In this document: positions 40,746 through 54,380 of the stretch, one piece after another
How the letters are laid out: the number at the start of each line of letters is the position of its first letter
Numbering within the stretch: position 1 is the stretch's first letter
Assembly (NCBI GenBank): GCA_951406725.2
Contig: OX597816.1
Span: 10,788,001-10,852,000, forward strand
Direction of reading: 5' to 3'
Length of the DNA: 64,000 nucleotides
DNA from: Octopus vulgaris
Taxonomy: Eukaryota
Translations under genes and position numbers: made by a program
The notes under the pieces: generated by a model
What the model was told of the DNA's origin: nothing
Databases searched by the model: none
The model's input: only the letters and a program-made list of their open reading frames with translations

Positions 40746-41587
40746 ATTTTGGTTCTGCTTTCTGATATCTGATATGACTTGATTTGATTTGATTTTGATT
40801 TTGATTTGTATATATATTCATGTTCATATTAAAGAAGGCCTAAAAGAATGATATGTAAGGGATAATGGTGATTCTTTTATCAAGATGAATAATTTCAGTA
40901 AAGCATTCATTAAAGACGGGTTTATCTTTGGTGTCTGACTCTTTCTGATCCTCTATCACTGCCTAGCTCTCCTTCGATTACAATGAATGTTCCAGTTGAT
41001 CCGATCAATGGAACAAGCTGCTCGGGCAATTAATGTGCATGTGGTTGAGCACTCCATAGATATAAGTCCCCTTAACATAGTTATTAGGGAGATTGGGTAT
41101 GACACAGAATGTGACAAGGTTAGCTCATTGAACTACAGATCAGCTGAGAGGGCTGGAACAATGAGAAATAAAGTGCTTTGCTCAAGGACACAATGCCCCA
41201 CTGGAAATTGAACTCACAACCTAATGATTGAGACCCAAATACCCTAGTTGTTAAGCCGCACGGCTATCACTCATATTCACCTGCATTACCATCTCTCTTT
41301 TTTCTTGTTCCAGCAAGGGTAGTCATTCATCTTCTCTACATCAGGAACCTGTGTCCATCCCTATATCATATTTAAGCCTTTCATCAGCTGCCATAAAGTC
41401 ATCCGCTTACAAAACCACGAAACCAAAACCTTGGGGATTGGGGTCTTGGTGTAGTTCTATGACTCATTAGATCAAGTCAGACCATCTCATGCATCGGAAA
41501 GCAGACAGACGTTAGACAATGAAGATGATGATGATGATAACGATGATGATGATGATGATGATGATAACGATGATGATGATGATGATA

Positions 41588-41622
<35 letters not shown>

Positions 41623-43826
41623 AACGATGATGATGATGATGATAACGATGATGATGATGATGATGATGATAATGATGATGATGATGATGATGATAACAAT
41701 GATGATGATGATGATAACGATGATGACAATGATGATGATAATGATGATGATGGTGATGATGATGATGATGATGATACAGAACCAAATTCAAGTTTAAGCA
41801 CTGGGTTAACTTGAAGCTGTAAGCCTCATAAATACATAATGGCTTACAGAACAAATGACAATTCTTTTGTAGAGCTTCAGATAAAGAAATTTCGATAATA
41901 TGGATTTTTCCCATTTGTCCTGAGGCCAAAACCTCTAAAAGGAATATTACTGAATAGAGAAAAGCTGGCTGTAAAGTACAACGTCAATTTTGTCTTTCAC
42001 TGCCCTCTTAATCGCAATGACAATGCAGTGGGAGTCAAAATGAAAGGGGAGCTGTGTCATCGATTAAATTGACTCAAGTGCAGAACTTGGAAGGCAGTGA
42101 GCTGACAGAATCATCAGCTGATTGGACAACATTTTCAGCAGCAATACTTCTGGTTCTTTACGTTCTGAGTTCAAATCTTGCCAAGGTTAACTTTGTCATT
42201 CATTCCACAGGGCCAAGAGAATAAAACGCCAGTCAAGTGCCGTGGCCAATGCAAATGACTTGTTACCTCCTACGAAAATGAATGGTCATGAATTCTGCAA
42301 GAGACTGGTATCTCATTTGGGGCATCTTAGGATCTCAGTCACTTAGATGCCAGGGAAACCAGGTAATAAACCGCATGTGTCTTAGGGCTCAAGAGAGCAA
42401 AATATCTGTGGTAGTTATTTTAGTAATTCCTGTAATAATAAAAGATAAAAAATTGAAATGCAATTCATCCAATAAATAACTGGTATTAAACTTCAAGTTA
42501 TTTCCGTAGTCATCCTGAAAATACTATCTTCCATGGACTGATTTCATAATTTTTCAATACTAAGGCAACGATTATGTTCTGAGTTCAAATTCAGCCTAGG
42601 TCGACTTTGCCATTTATCCTTTCAGGATCGATTAATTAAGTACCAGTTGCATACTGGGGTCGATCTAATCGACTGGCGTCCTACCCCAAGGTGACGAGCT
42701 GGCAGAAATGTTAGAGCGCTGGGTGAAACGCTTAGAGACATTTCGTCTGCCTTTACATTCTGAGTTCAAATTCTGCCCTGGTCGACTATGCTTGCATCCT
42801 TTCCGAAAATTTTCGTTGCATCTTGCAACCTTTCCAAAAGTTTTGACTCTTGAAAAAGTTGCAAGACACAATGAAAATTTTAGGAAAAGAGAAATAAGGA
42901 ATAAGTGGAAACTTTACCAGGGGGTATGTTAAACCATAGGCACAAAAAGAAAATGACTCTCCCTAAACCTAATAGAATATACTTCAACTCACAAACTCAC
43001 ATAAAGAATCTTGCAAACCGAATCCAAAATATATTGTGTTACTGTTATTCTCCGTGTCCTGTCCTTTACTGTTTATATTTTGTACTGTCGTCACTGTCCT
43101 GTTTTTGTTACCATTTTTACCCCTCCGCAAAAAAATTTCAAATTTTATTTAATTTGATTTTCGTGGGAAGGAAAGTTTCATCAAAGTCATGTGTCGCCTT
43201 GACCTTCGAAATGTGGAGTAGATGAAACAAAGGCGACTGAAGAAGGGGAATTTTCCTTGTTTTGTATGTCCTGTACTCTATTTTTTTGTTTAAGAAAAAT
43301 GTCCATTTCCTTGGTTTTAAGTTCATGTTTTCGTTTCTCATTGTGTTCAACGTTTTTTTTGGTGTCCTGTACCCATATATGCATGTATATATACATGTAG
43401 AGGTAGGTACGTACATATATGTATGTATGTATATATGCATATGTTTTATTTATTAATTAATTTATTATATATATATATACGTAGATGTATGTGTGTATAT
43501 ATAAAAATTTATAGATGAATGAAAGTATGTATGTATGTGTGTGTGTATATACATATGTATGTCATTATTCAGTTTATTTCAAGATTTCTTACCAATAGAG
43601 AAAGAAGCAGTTTCTATCCTAGATCCAAGGTTTCTTCATTGGAATTTCAACATCAACAACAGGATATTTTTGTATGTATGTATGTATGAATGTATGTACG
43701 TATGCATCTATGTGTGTATGTATCTATGTGTGTATGTATGTATGTATATATGTATATATGTGTGTGTATAGTGTATATATGTATATATGTATTATGTATG
43801 TATGTATGCATGTATGTATGCATGTA

Positions 43827-44203
43827 CACTTGCGTCAGAAATTAATTAGCACTTCTCAAATTTCTACATTAAATAGGTTAAATCAATTAACCTATGAGCT
43901 GTTCAAAACGTCTTACGCGATGAGAAAACTTAGTATGGTGTGATTTCGGTCCTTGCGAGGCGCTACCTATATCTATTAAACAAAGGAAGATTTGTCTGCA
44001 TCCGCACTCCAAGTTGTTGCACTGCTATGTCAACATCATAAGGCTGTAGACTCTCAAACTGCTCTGCAAACAAAGTTACGTCATTGTTCTGCGCAACAGT
44101 GAACTCGCAACAAAGCAATAGTTCGAGATATGGCCACTAGGTGACAGCACATACCTTGAGTGAAGAGCAAATCAAGGGTGCTAATTAATTTCTGACGGTA
44201 GTG
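43827..44203. mobile_element. Tc1-like MITE
   Basis: 26-bp TIRs CACTTGCGTCAGAAATTAATTAGCAC / GTGCTAATTAATTTCTGACGGTAGTG; TA flanks. Confidence 0.9.
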
Positions 44204-44663
44204 TATGTATACAGATAGTAATATTTAAGTTAGATATTACAACATACAAAAACAGCGACTGAAAAACCAATAGAAACATAACTTCCTTGGAATGATCTGA
44301 GGAACATCTGAGAATAAATAAATAAATAAATAAACGCATGATTATTATAGATAGATAGACGTAAATATTAGAAGACATTTAACTCGATGCTCTACCGACC
44401 CTGCCACTTTGGCGTTCCTCAATATATTCCTTATATTAGAAGCTGTTAGAGAAAGGAAACTTCTATATAGAAACTGCATATAGATAAGGTGTTTATGTTA
44501 ACAGGGAAGTGAAAGTGGGGTGGTAGGGGTGGTGGTGGTGCTGGTGGTGCTGGTGTCGTTGGGTGATGGTGGGGGTGTTTCATAGTAAAAAGGGAAGAGG
44601 AGTTCTTCACTGATAATGTTTCGGAAGAAGGAGAATAATTCTTTGTCTATCATTAAGGTTACT

Positions 44664-44705
<42 letters not shown>

Positions 44706-44840
44706 GTATATATACACACATATATATGTATATATATATACACACATATATATATATATATATACACGCACTCATATATATATACACACGCACTCATATA
44801 TATATATACACACGCACTCATATATATATATACACACACA

Positions 44841-44889
<49 letters not shown>

Positions 44890-46156
44890 TAATGTTTGTA
44901 TACATATATACACATGCATATATATATTCATATATATATATGTGTGTGTGTATGTACACACATATTCATTCATAAATATAAATATATATATATATACATA
45001 TTTAATCTGTATATATATGTGTATACATATACATATAGATATATATGCACAAATATATATGTAAATGTGTATGAATATGTATCTCTATAAATATACATAT
45101 ATGTGCGTATATATGCATACATGTATGTGTATGTATGTAGCCTTTAAAGATGATGGAATATTTTATCTAGGGAATAGATTAAGAGAAATATTGGTTAAGC
45201 CGTAAATTGAGCAACGTTCTTTATTAGACACTCCATATTCATCTATTATAGCCTTCACTTGAGATAAAACGAGCAGAAGCATTCCACGATTCCGTGCAAA
45301 AGAAATGGTGTTCTTGGATGTGTGTTACCTACCAAGATGAAACAATGAAGAATTTAGCTCTCATTTGCAGCCTTTCGGTTACTTAAGGAAAAAGCTTCCT
45401 GGGAGAAGAGTGGTGGCGAAGAGAACAGGAGGAAAAGGAAAATGGATGTGAGGATGATGGTGGTAGTGGTTGCGAGGAAAAATTTTCAAGAGAAATAGAA
45501 GTGTTTATGAAAAATGATTTCCCGTCTTAGAGAAAGTGATAAACTCGAGGAAGGATGAAGTGTATTGTAAAAATTGAATAATAACAATGCGATAGAAGAG
45601 GGCAAGTTCTAAAAGAGGGGGCAGTATTTGGGGGTCAAAGATCAAAGCTGTTTTAGTAGTAAAGGAGGAAACCTCATCGGCGAGATGATATGCGTGGCGT
45701 GTGGAGTTTGTTTTAAAAAAGAAAAGCAACAACAAAAACAAATGGTTTTTGTTTAGATTGATCATTATGTTAAACATTATACATACAACGTTTCCCTGTG
45801 ATGTTCGGTCTTTGATAGTTTATAGAATAACACATACCTATTTAATAATTCATTTAGTAGATAAAACAACCGTACACACACTCACATACAGAAACACCAA
45901 TTCAAGAACACACACACACACGTGTATATCTACGTGTGTATAATGTATTTATGTATGTATATTTGTTTATATGCAAAAACCTATGAATTTATTTATATGA
46001 TGAAGAAAATCGATTTCTGGAGTTTTCCTGACGAGGGATAATCGTTAATGGATGATGAGCCTTATGGATTTCTGCTTCCGTAGTGGTGGAAGGGGAAGAT
46101 ATGACCTGTGACATTTATGCCTTTCCCAAAGCCATTAGTGGAATAAATGGAATAGA

Positions 46157-46207
<51 letters not shown>

Positions 46208-46223
46208 TTATACACACACATAC

Positions 46224-46260
<37 letters not shown>

Positions 46261-46285
46261 TATTTATACATGCATGTGTATATAT

Positions 46286-46627
46286 ACTCTTTTACTTGTT
46301 TCAGTCATTTGACTGTGGCCATGCTGGAGCACCGCCTTTAATTGAGCAACTCAACTCTGGGACATAAACACACCAGCATCAGTTGTCAAGCAATGCTAGG
46401 GGGACAAACACAGACACACAAACATACACACACACATATATATATATATATATACATATATACGACGGGCTTCTTTTAGTTTCCGTCTACCAAATCCACT
46501 CACAGGGCTTTGGTCAGCCCGAGGCTATAGTAGAAGACACTTGCCCAAGGTGCCATGCAGTGGGACTGAACCTGGAACCATGTGGTTGGGAAACAAACTA
46601 CTTACCACACAGCCACTCCTGCGCCTA
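46286..46627 (-). mobile_element. SINE family B, internally deleted
   Basis: Reverse complement of 52962-53360. Confidence 0.85.
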
Positions 46628-46703
46628 TATGTTTATTATTCTTAAGCAAGAATTTTATTGACAGTGACTTCGAAGTTTCGGCCAGCTAAGCCATAAACAG
46701 TAA

Positions 46704-47857
46704 AACGCCTAAAACAAGGGTGTTGAATGAGTGTGAGTGAGGTCAAATCATAGCTCATCATGAAGATGGAATGTCTCAAAAGGAAATTGCTCAGAAGATG
46801 AAATGTTCTCGATGTGTGGTGCAAACGACTTTCAAGCGCTTCAGAGAGACAAAAGATGTGAAGACAATACAATGAAGAGGCAGGAAAAAGGTTACATCAC
46901 CTTGTGATGACAGATCCATCATCCATCAGTCACTCAGAAACAGGAGAAAAACATTGTCAGAGCTCTGTGCGGACTTCAATAAGGCAAGTACTTCACAAAT
47001 ATCAATCAGAACTGTTAGAAGAATGCTTGTAGAGTATGGTCTGAAAGGCTGTAAAGCTAGGAAGAAGCCATGGGTTTCTGAAGCGAATATGGAAAAATGT
47101 CTTCAGTGGGCCAAAGACCACTCAAATTGGACCGGTGAGCAATGGTCGAAAGTCATATGGTCTGATGAAAGTAACTATGAGGTAAGATAGTACATGTATT
47201 CAATCAACATATAAACTTAATGTAACTGGTTTGTTGCCCAAAATATATAGAAAAGTATCCAACATAAAGTTAATATTTATTTTTCATGTTTTTACTCAGG
47301 TTTTTGGTACATCTGGTGCAACTTCCACACGTCACAGAGTTGGGGAAGCATTTAAGGCTGAATGTCTGGTACCAACCGTGAAACATGGGGGTGGTTCTAT
47401 AATGGTGTGGGTCTGCATATCTGCCACAGGAACCAGAGAAATGTTTTTATATCAGGGAAGGATGGATTCAGTTACCTATGTTTCTATGTTATCGGATGTT
47501 TTAGAGCCATCAATTGCTAAATTGCATCCAGGAGTGTTGGAAAACAGTGTTATCTTTCAACAGGACAACGCTCCATGTCACACAGCAAAGATTACTCATC
47601 AATGGCTTGAGACACAAATTATTGTTCCCATGGACTGGTCAGCTCAATGTCCCAATCTAAATCCGATCGAATGCCTATGGGGAACACCTGATGAAGCTAT
47701 CAGGAACACAACAATTGAAAATAAAGAGCATTTGTACCAAAAGTTGAGAGAAGAATGAAGTAAAATTGAGCCTAACACCTGCAAGAAACTAGTTGATTCA
47801 ATGCCTAACAGTATAAAAGTGGTAATTGATGCTAAAGGATGGTCAACCAGATGCTAA
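46704..47857 (+). pseudogene. Tc1 (DD34E) transposase with a 118-bp intron (47182-47299)
   Basis: GMSQKEIAQKMKCSR..RGRKKVTS..KARKKPW..WSDESNYE|VFGTSG..TVKHGGGSIMVW..QQDNAPCH..NLNPIE (34 residues between D and E)..SMPNSIKVVIDAKG. Three in-frame stops. Right TIR GGGGTGGCCTAATACTTTTGACC at about 47942-47972. Confidence 0.93.
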
Positions 47858-48067
47858 AACTAATGTATATTGTGAAATATACCATAATCTACCATGTGCA
47901 TGAGTTTCATTAACATTGAGATTGCAGAACCCAAAAACATTGGGGTGGCCTAATACTTTTGACCAAGGCAATATATATATATACTTCTAATGTAAATATA
48001 AAATTTTTTAAATACATTTTATCAGTGGCCAGCTTATTAAAATAGTTTTCAAGGTGAAAATATAAAC

Positions 48068-48799
48068 AATTATAATTATGGGAAAAGAAAAAAAATTCTA
48101 TACCAATTTGCTGAAACATAAACCAAACCCTTTCGTTACCAACCCGGCTGAAACCAGCTCTGGTTCTGAGTACAAATGTCTTGTTTTCAAAAGTTTTGAA
48201 TTAAAATCTTCTACCAAACCTTAGTCCCAATTTATGTTCCTAACACTAGCTTAATGATAACAAAGTTATTTTACTAAATTCTTTGTTACATTTAAAGTAA
48301 TTGAAAGAAACACAGAGCATCTCAAAATAAATACGGTAACAAAAGGGTTAAAACATCTAACCACATAAAATATTTTTCACTATAAATACACAGAATGCTG
48401 AAATGAGGAAAGCAAGATAGCAGAATTTTTTTTTTTAATTGTTATTCCTGAATGGGACCAATTTCTGGATTAATCCGAAAGGATTCTCCCTTCTTCAGCG
48501 AGAAACACGATTAGAATAAATGGAAAAGTTACATATACCCACGAAAAAGCAGATGCAAAATCATGAGTACATTTAAGTACCCCAAATATATCCAAACAGA
48601 AATTCTGCAATCCTTGTGGATTAATCCAGAAATTGGTCCCATTTGGGAATAACGAATTTATAAAAAATTTCTCTTAGCATGCTTTCCTCAATTCAGCATG
48701 CTCTGTGTTTATAGTGAAAAATATTGAATGTGGTTAGACGTCCTAAGGTCTGTTTTTCAACATATTTGCATACAAAATTTTTTCTTTTGCTCTTATTTA

Positions 48800-48805
<6 letters not shown>
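48068..48805. mobile_element. Large foldback element (about 200-bp arms)
   Basis: Left arm about 48068-48486 (interrupted by a MITE) is the reverse complement of about 48608-48805. Confidence 0.8.
48128..48347. mobile_element. piggyBac-type MITE
   Basis: TIRs CCCTTTCGTTACC / GGTAACAAAAGGG. TTAA on the right; left flank altered. Confidence 0.8.
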
Positions 48806-48837
<32 letters not shown>

Positions 48838-48840
<3 letters not shown>

Positions 48841-49017
48841 TGGATCGTTAGCCACTACACACATTTTTTTCTCTTCTTGTTTTTTCTGTGTCCCTTTCTG
48901 TAGAAGAGCGTAGGCTCGAAACGTAAAACACTTTTTCTATTCCCGAGCGTTATACTAATACATCTGTTTGTTTTATACACCACCTGTCTTCGTCTTTTGT
49001 TTTCGTAAACTCTCCCT
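48838..49017 (+). mobile_element. Short PLE-type element with hammerhead-like motif (family H2), inserted in (TA)n
   Basis: cttt-CTGTAGA-A-GAGC-gtag-GCTC-GAAA-C-GTA-aaac at 48894-48929. (TA)n on both sides. Confidence 0.7.
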
Positions 49018-49321
49018 ATATATATATATATATATATATGCTACACTCCTGATTTTTAGGCCTTCAGAAATTGATAAAACCTTTATCAAAACCATTAATT
49101 TTCCTCTCCATAACAAAGATAAAAGCATAATGTTTCTTAAAGTCACTGGAGAACACTAATTAATGTATTATGAATAAATTAATTCAAAGTTATGGATAAG
49201 CTGCTACTGCTTTGAGGGATATTTGATTGATGTAAATGAGTTTTAAGCTTCTACGTGCTCTAGTCTATTCTGAAGGGCTCCATTAAGTTAAGATATATGG
49301 AGCAGTGAGCAGCAGATATAC

Positions 49322-49358
<37 letters not shown>

Positions 49359-49359
<1 letters not shown>

Positions 49360-49872
49360 TAGCAGTATCGCCCCGGCGTTGCTCAGGTTTGTAAGGGAAA
49401 TAACTATATAAGCATTTTTAGAGAGTTACTTCCCTTATAGATGCCAATTCGGGCTTTCTTAGCCATTTTTGTTTTGGTGTCTTCAAGCCATGAAGTCGTT
49501 GTTCTAAAAGAACGCTGGTTTCCTTCACAACGCATTACGACGTTGATTTCTTTACACTCCCTTCCCCACAGCTTCACGAGGGAGGGAAGGGGGGAGAAGC
49601 AAACAGGTGCAGCTGTGAGCGTGGACGCCAACTCCGCCACCATCGACACAGGATGCATTTTATGCATTAAAATGGAATAAAAAATGATGTTAAATTATTT
49701 TTAAAATTGTAGACTCATCGTTGACGCGCGCTAATAGTCAGACGGGCTCGATATGAATCACGACTATAAGATACCCAAATTTGGTTAAACTGCACTGCAA
49801 AATGTGGGAGGAGTTAGGAATCTAAATCGAAGGGGACAGACACTCACACAACTAGAGTTTTATATATATAGA
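49359..49872 (-). mobile_element. Non-autonomous Helitron
   Basis: Minus strand: A|TC start, GC hairpin, CTAG|T end. About 75 bp of the 3' end is shared with 24896-25277. Confidence 0.85.
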
Positions 49873-51376
49873 TATATATATATATAGTGAGAGAGAGAGA
49901 GGGAGAGAGAGGCGTGGGTCTAGTACCTTGAGTGTTGCGTTCACAACTATATATCTGAAGTGGTTTCAATTGCAGTGTATTATGTTCTTGAGCAAAACAA
50001 CTCATTTCACGGTGCTGTATGATCCCTTTGACATGGTTCCAGGTTCTGTCCTACTGCATGGCACCTTGACCAAGTGTCTTCTACTATAGCCTCGGGCTGA
50101 CCAAAGCCCTGTGAGTGGATTTAGTAGACAGAAACTGAAAGAAGCCCGTCGTGTGTGTGCATGTATATATATATATATATATATCTCTGTGTGTGTGTAT
50201 TTGTTCCCCCATTGGTGTTGGTATGTTTATATCCCTGTAATCTAGCAGTTCGGCAAAAGTGACCGATAGAATGTCCTGGGCTCGATTTGTTCTACTAAAA
50301 TCCTTCAAGGTGGTTCCCTAACATGGCTGCAGCTAAATGACCAAAACAAGTAAAAGAACAAAAGAATATATATATGTCTTTACTTACTCACAAGGGGCTA
50401 AACACAGAGAGGCCAAACATGGGCAGACAAACGGATTAAGTCGATTATATCGACCCCAGTGCGTAATTGGTACTTAATTTATCAACCCCGAAAGGATGAA
50501 AGGCAAAGTCGACCTCGGCAGAATTTGAACTCAGAACGTAGCGGCAGACGAAATACCGCTAAGCATTTTGTCCGGCGTGCTAATGTTTCTGCCAGCGCGC
50601 CCACATACCTACATACATACATATTCACGTGCACACCCACACATATTTGTACGCATACACACACATACACCAAATTTTTAACTTGAAACTTTCGAAGATA
50701 ACATCGATGTCATTAGTTCAAAAAAATTTCAGACTGTTTGCATATCCGTAACCTGAAAACCAGGGGGAGACAAAATGGAGTCATGTAGATGAGGTGGAGT
50801 CTTGTATTACAGATCATGTGAAACAGGATATTGCAGAATGTCATGGAATATGGAATGAGATACAAGACTGCTTTGGGAGTTGGCATCTGGCCTAATAAAA
50901 TATTTATAATGCTTCTGTCAGAGAGTACCACTCATATTGGCATTGTTGTGTGCCACTCACACCTATGTGTCTAATTAAGAAACCATTATCATAATTGTAA
51001 TAATCATTGCTATTGTTGTGTTTTTTTTTGTTTTCTGTTGATCAACCACATCGTCACCACTACCACCACCACCACCATCATCTTCGCTGTTGTCGTCGTC
51101 ATCATCTCCATATTATTATTATTGTTAAGTGTTAAGGCGGCAAGCTGGCAGAATCGCTAGTACGCCGGGCAAAATGCTCCTCGGTATTTAATCCGTTTTT
51201 ATATTCTGAGTTCAAATTCCATTGAAGTCTACTTTGCTTTTCACCCTTTCAGGGTCGATAAAGCAAGTGCCAATCATGTACTGGGGTCCATATAATTGAC
51301 TTACCCCACCCCCTAAATTGCTGGCCTTGTGCTAAAATTTGAAACCATTATTATCATTATTATTATTATTATTATT

Positions 51377-54300
51377 GTCTTTGCACAGCTTCTAATGCTG
51401 GAGATGTACTACGGTGTCAACTGTTCCCTACCACTGAACTAAGATAACACCCCTTATTTTTCAAGAACCATCCGGAGTATTCAAGCAGTTCCAAGCAGTG
51501 TTGTTTTCTACAACTGCTCCACCCTTATTGCACCTTTTATTTGTTCCATGTACTTCTCGAGATTTTTACTCACAGTTCCCAGGGATCCAACAATTATTGG
51601 TACTACTACCACCTTTTTCATCGACCACAACTGCTTAACCTCCCAAGCTAACTTCTCATTTCTATCGACTTTTCATTGTTCCTTATTGCATACCTTGTTG
51701 TCAGCTGGCTGTCCATACATCTGATTTTACCCCTCTTCAAGACTAACACACCAAACTTTCTCAGTCCAAACTCCATTCTGATATTAGCACTGAAGATATA
51801 CGTATCAACGAGGGAACTGACTTGCGATTCATCTTTACCATAAAGTTTGAGGTCATCCATGAATAACAAGTAGTTGACTTTTTGTTGGTGGCTCTTGAAT
51901 ATATATCCAGCCTTTGCTTTCCTCGGAATCAGTGTTAATGGTATCATGCACAGTACAAAGATCAGTGGGGACAGGCAGTCCCCTTTGAAGATGCCTCCTG
52001 ATTTCTATTGTCCTTAAACTTCATCCATATGCTATCAGTTCTGTCCTCCAATTCACCATACTTTTTCCAAGCAATCACTAACATTTGATGCAATACCAAA
52101 TCGGTTCATACATTCCATAATCCAAAATTGTGGGATCATATCGTATGCCTTACGATAGTTGATCCATGACATGGTTAAGTTACTTTTTCTTCTCTTGCAG
52201 TCTCTAAGTACAGTTTTATACTATTCAGGAGTTGATCCTTGGTACCTCTGCACTTACGCTTGCAACCCTTCTACTCATGTGCAAGACTCCATTTTTTTTC
52301 AGGTGTCTGTACATTGACTCTGCAACTATTCCAATCAATAATTTCCACATAAGTGGCAAGCAGGATATCGGCCTGTAATTTTCTACCGTATTACTTTTTA
52401 AATGTTTTTCAGGCACAGCACTGTCCTACCCAATGTCAACCACTCTGGTGTTGGTTGTCAGCATTTAACAAGGTGTTGAGTTATGCAGTTATTCGTGCAT
52501 GACATTCACCAAATCTTTTGGTCCAGTAGCCTTGAACTTCATCTAGTCCCGGGGCTTTCCAGTTGCCTATTTTTTTTGCTGATTTCCTTCACTTCCCTAA
52601 CTGAAATGACTAGCTCTGCCTGTTTTGGACAGACTACTGTTTGTCTCATTTCTTGCTACCATTCAGCATCCTTCTTGAGCCCCTTGTCTTTGCTATAGAT
52701 GTCACTCCAAAACCTTTGACTTTCAATTTTATCTGGTATCAACTTTTCATCTGTACACTCTCCATTTATTTCTTTAAAGAATCCCTTCTGATCTACTCTG
52801 AATAACCTATTCTGCTGGTATCCCTTCATTCTTTGGTCATATCTTACCATCTTTGCTTTCTTTGCAATGAGGCGTGGTTTCAGTTCCTCCATTACCACTT
52901 TCAGGTCCTTTCTTTCAATATTATACTCCCTGTTCAGTGTCCTGAATTTTTGTCCACATTTAGGCGCAGGAGTGGCTGTGTGGTAAGTAGCTTGCTAACC
53001 AACCACATGGTTCCGGGTTCAGTCCCACTGCGTGGCATCTTGGGCAAGTGTCTTCTGCTATAGCCCTGGGCCGACCAATGCCTTGTGAGTGGATTTGGTA
53101 GACGAAAACTGAAAGAAGCCTGTCGTATATATGTGTATGTGTGTGTGTTTGTGTGTCTGTGTTTGTCCCCCTAGCATTGCTTGACAACCGATGGTGGTGT
53201 GTTTACGTCCCCGTCACTTAGCGGTTCGGCAAAAGAGACCGATAGAATAAGTACTGGGCTTACAAAGAATAAGTCCTGGGGTCGAGTTGCTCGATTAAAA
53301 GCAGTGCTCCAGCATGGCCGCAGTCAAATGACTGAAACAAGTAAAAGAGTAAAAAAAGAGTTTTAAGCTCCCCCTTCTCTTTTTGGCCCAACACAGAAAT
53401 GTCCTTCGAGAGCATATCTAACCCTGCCTGGATCCTTCCTTTCCACCATGGATCTTTTCTTTTGTCACTCCCATTATATTTCTTTCTCTTGACATCAACA
53501 CCCACATTTCCTGCTACAACAATACTTGCTGCCTTGATCAACTTATTTGTTTCTGTGATATTTTTTTATTCTATGTATTTCAGAATTTCATTCAAACATT
53601 TCGTTTCATGGTTCAGTTTCCACTGATCAACCTTTTTAAGTTTGCAAATAATGTTGTTATTGTTCTCCTGTAACCTGCCTTTATTCTTTCACAGATTGCC
53701 TTTTGCTTGTCTGCCGTGTCATTATTAGTTTTATTGTCTTCCTCCAAACCATCTATATGTTTCTCATTGAAAAACCTATCACTGTTCCTTTCCAGTGGTT
53801 TATTAGAGATCTCACCTCTGTTTTCTGCTATGAGATTACTTTTATCAGTAGGAATTGTATTATCATCGTTTCCTCTGCTGCTGTTTTCCAATACCCATCT
53901 TTTGATAGCTTCAAGATCTACTTCTGTGAACCAGCAATTTTTTCTTATTGCTCTACCTTGATCATATAATCTTTGTTCTGCGAGCTGAAACAATCATCTT
54001 TCTCTCCATTGATCATACATACGTTTTCAGTAACCCCTAATATGAACACCATTTTCATTTACAGGGTTGCTCAGATAGTAACACTCCATGACCACAGCAT
54101 CGACTTGTTTGTTCCATCTATGACATGTGTGCTGGTCTATTGCTGGACAACGACAGGCTGGAGTCGCACCAGTATCTCTGAGCCTGCCAGGTGCAGCACT
54201 GTCACCATCAAGGGCTTCAGTTTCATTACCATTGTTATTCACAATATTTTGTTTTTTCATTGTCACTTATATAAGGTAGCAATTATCAGGTTGCGCAATT

Positions 54301-54380
54301 ACCAGTGCTTTTATTGTGACACCATCAATAGATGTATCATCAATCAGGACATGGGGAGATTCCAACCGCTTCTTTTCAAT
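51377..54380 (-). mobile_element. R4/Dong-clade LINE, both ends present, internally deleted
   Basis: N-terminus RWNKQVDAVVMECYY..EQRLYDQGRAIRKNCW. RT motifs [15 protein letters not shown] and LLFMDDLKLYG. REL-type C-terminus VVPIIVGSLGTV..LLGTA. (TAA)n on both flanks. Confidence 0.88.
52962..53360 (+). mobile_element. SINE family B, complete (about 400 bp), inserted in the Dong element
   Basis: tRNA-like head TGGCTGTGTGGTAAG..GGTTCAGTCCC, CORE-like CTTGGGCAAGT, internal (TG)n, tail GTAAAAGAG repeats. Confidence 0.88.
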
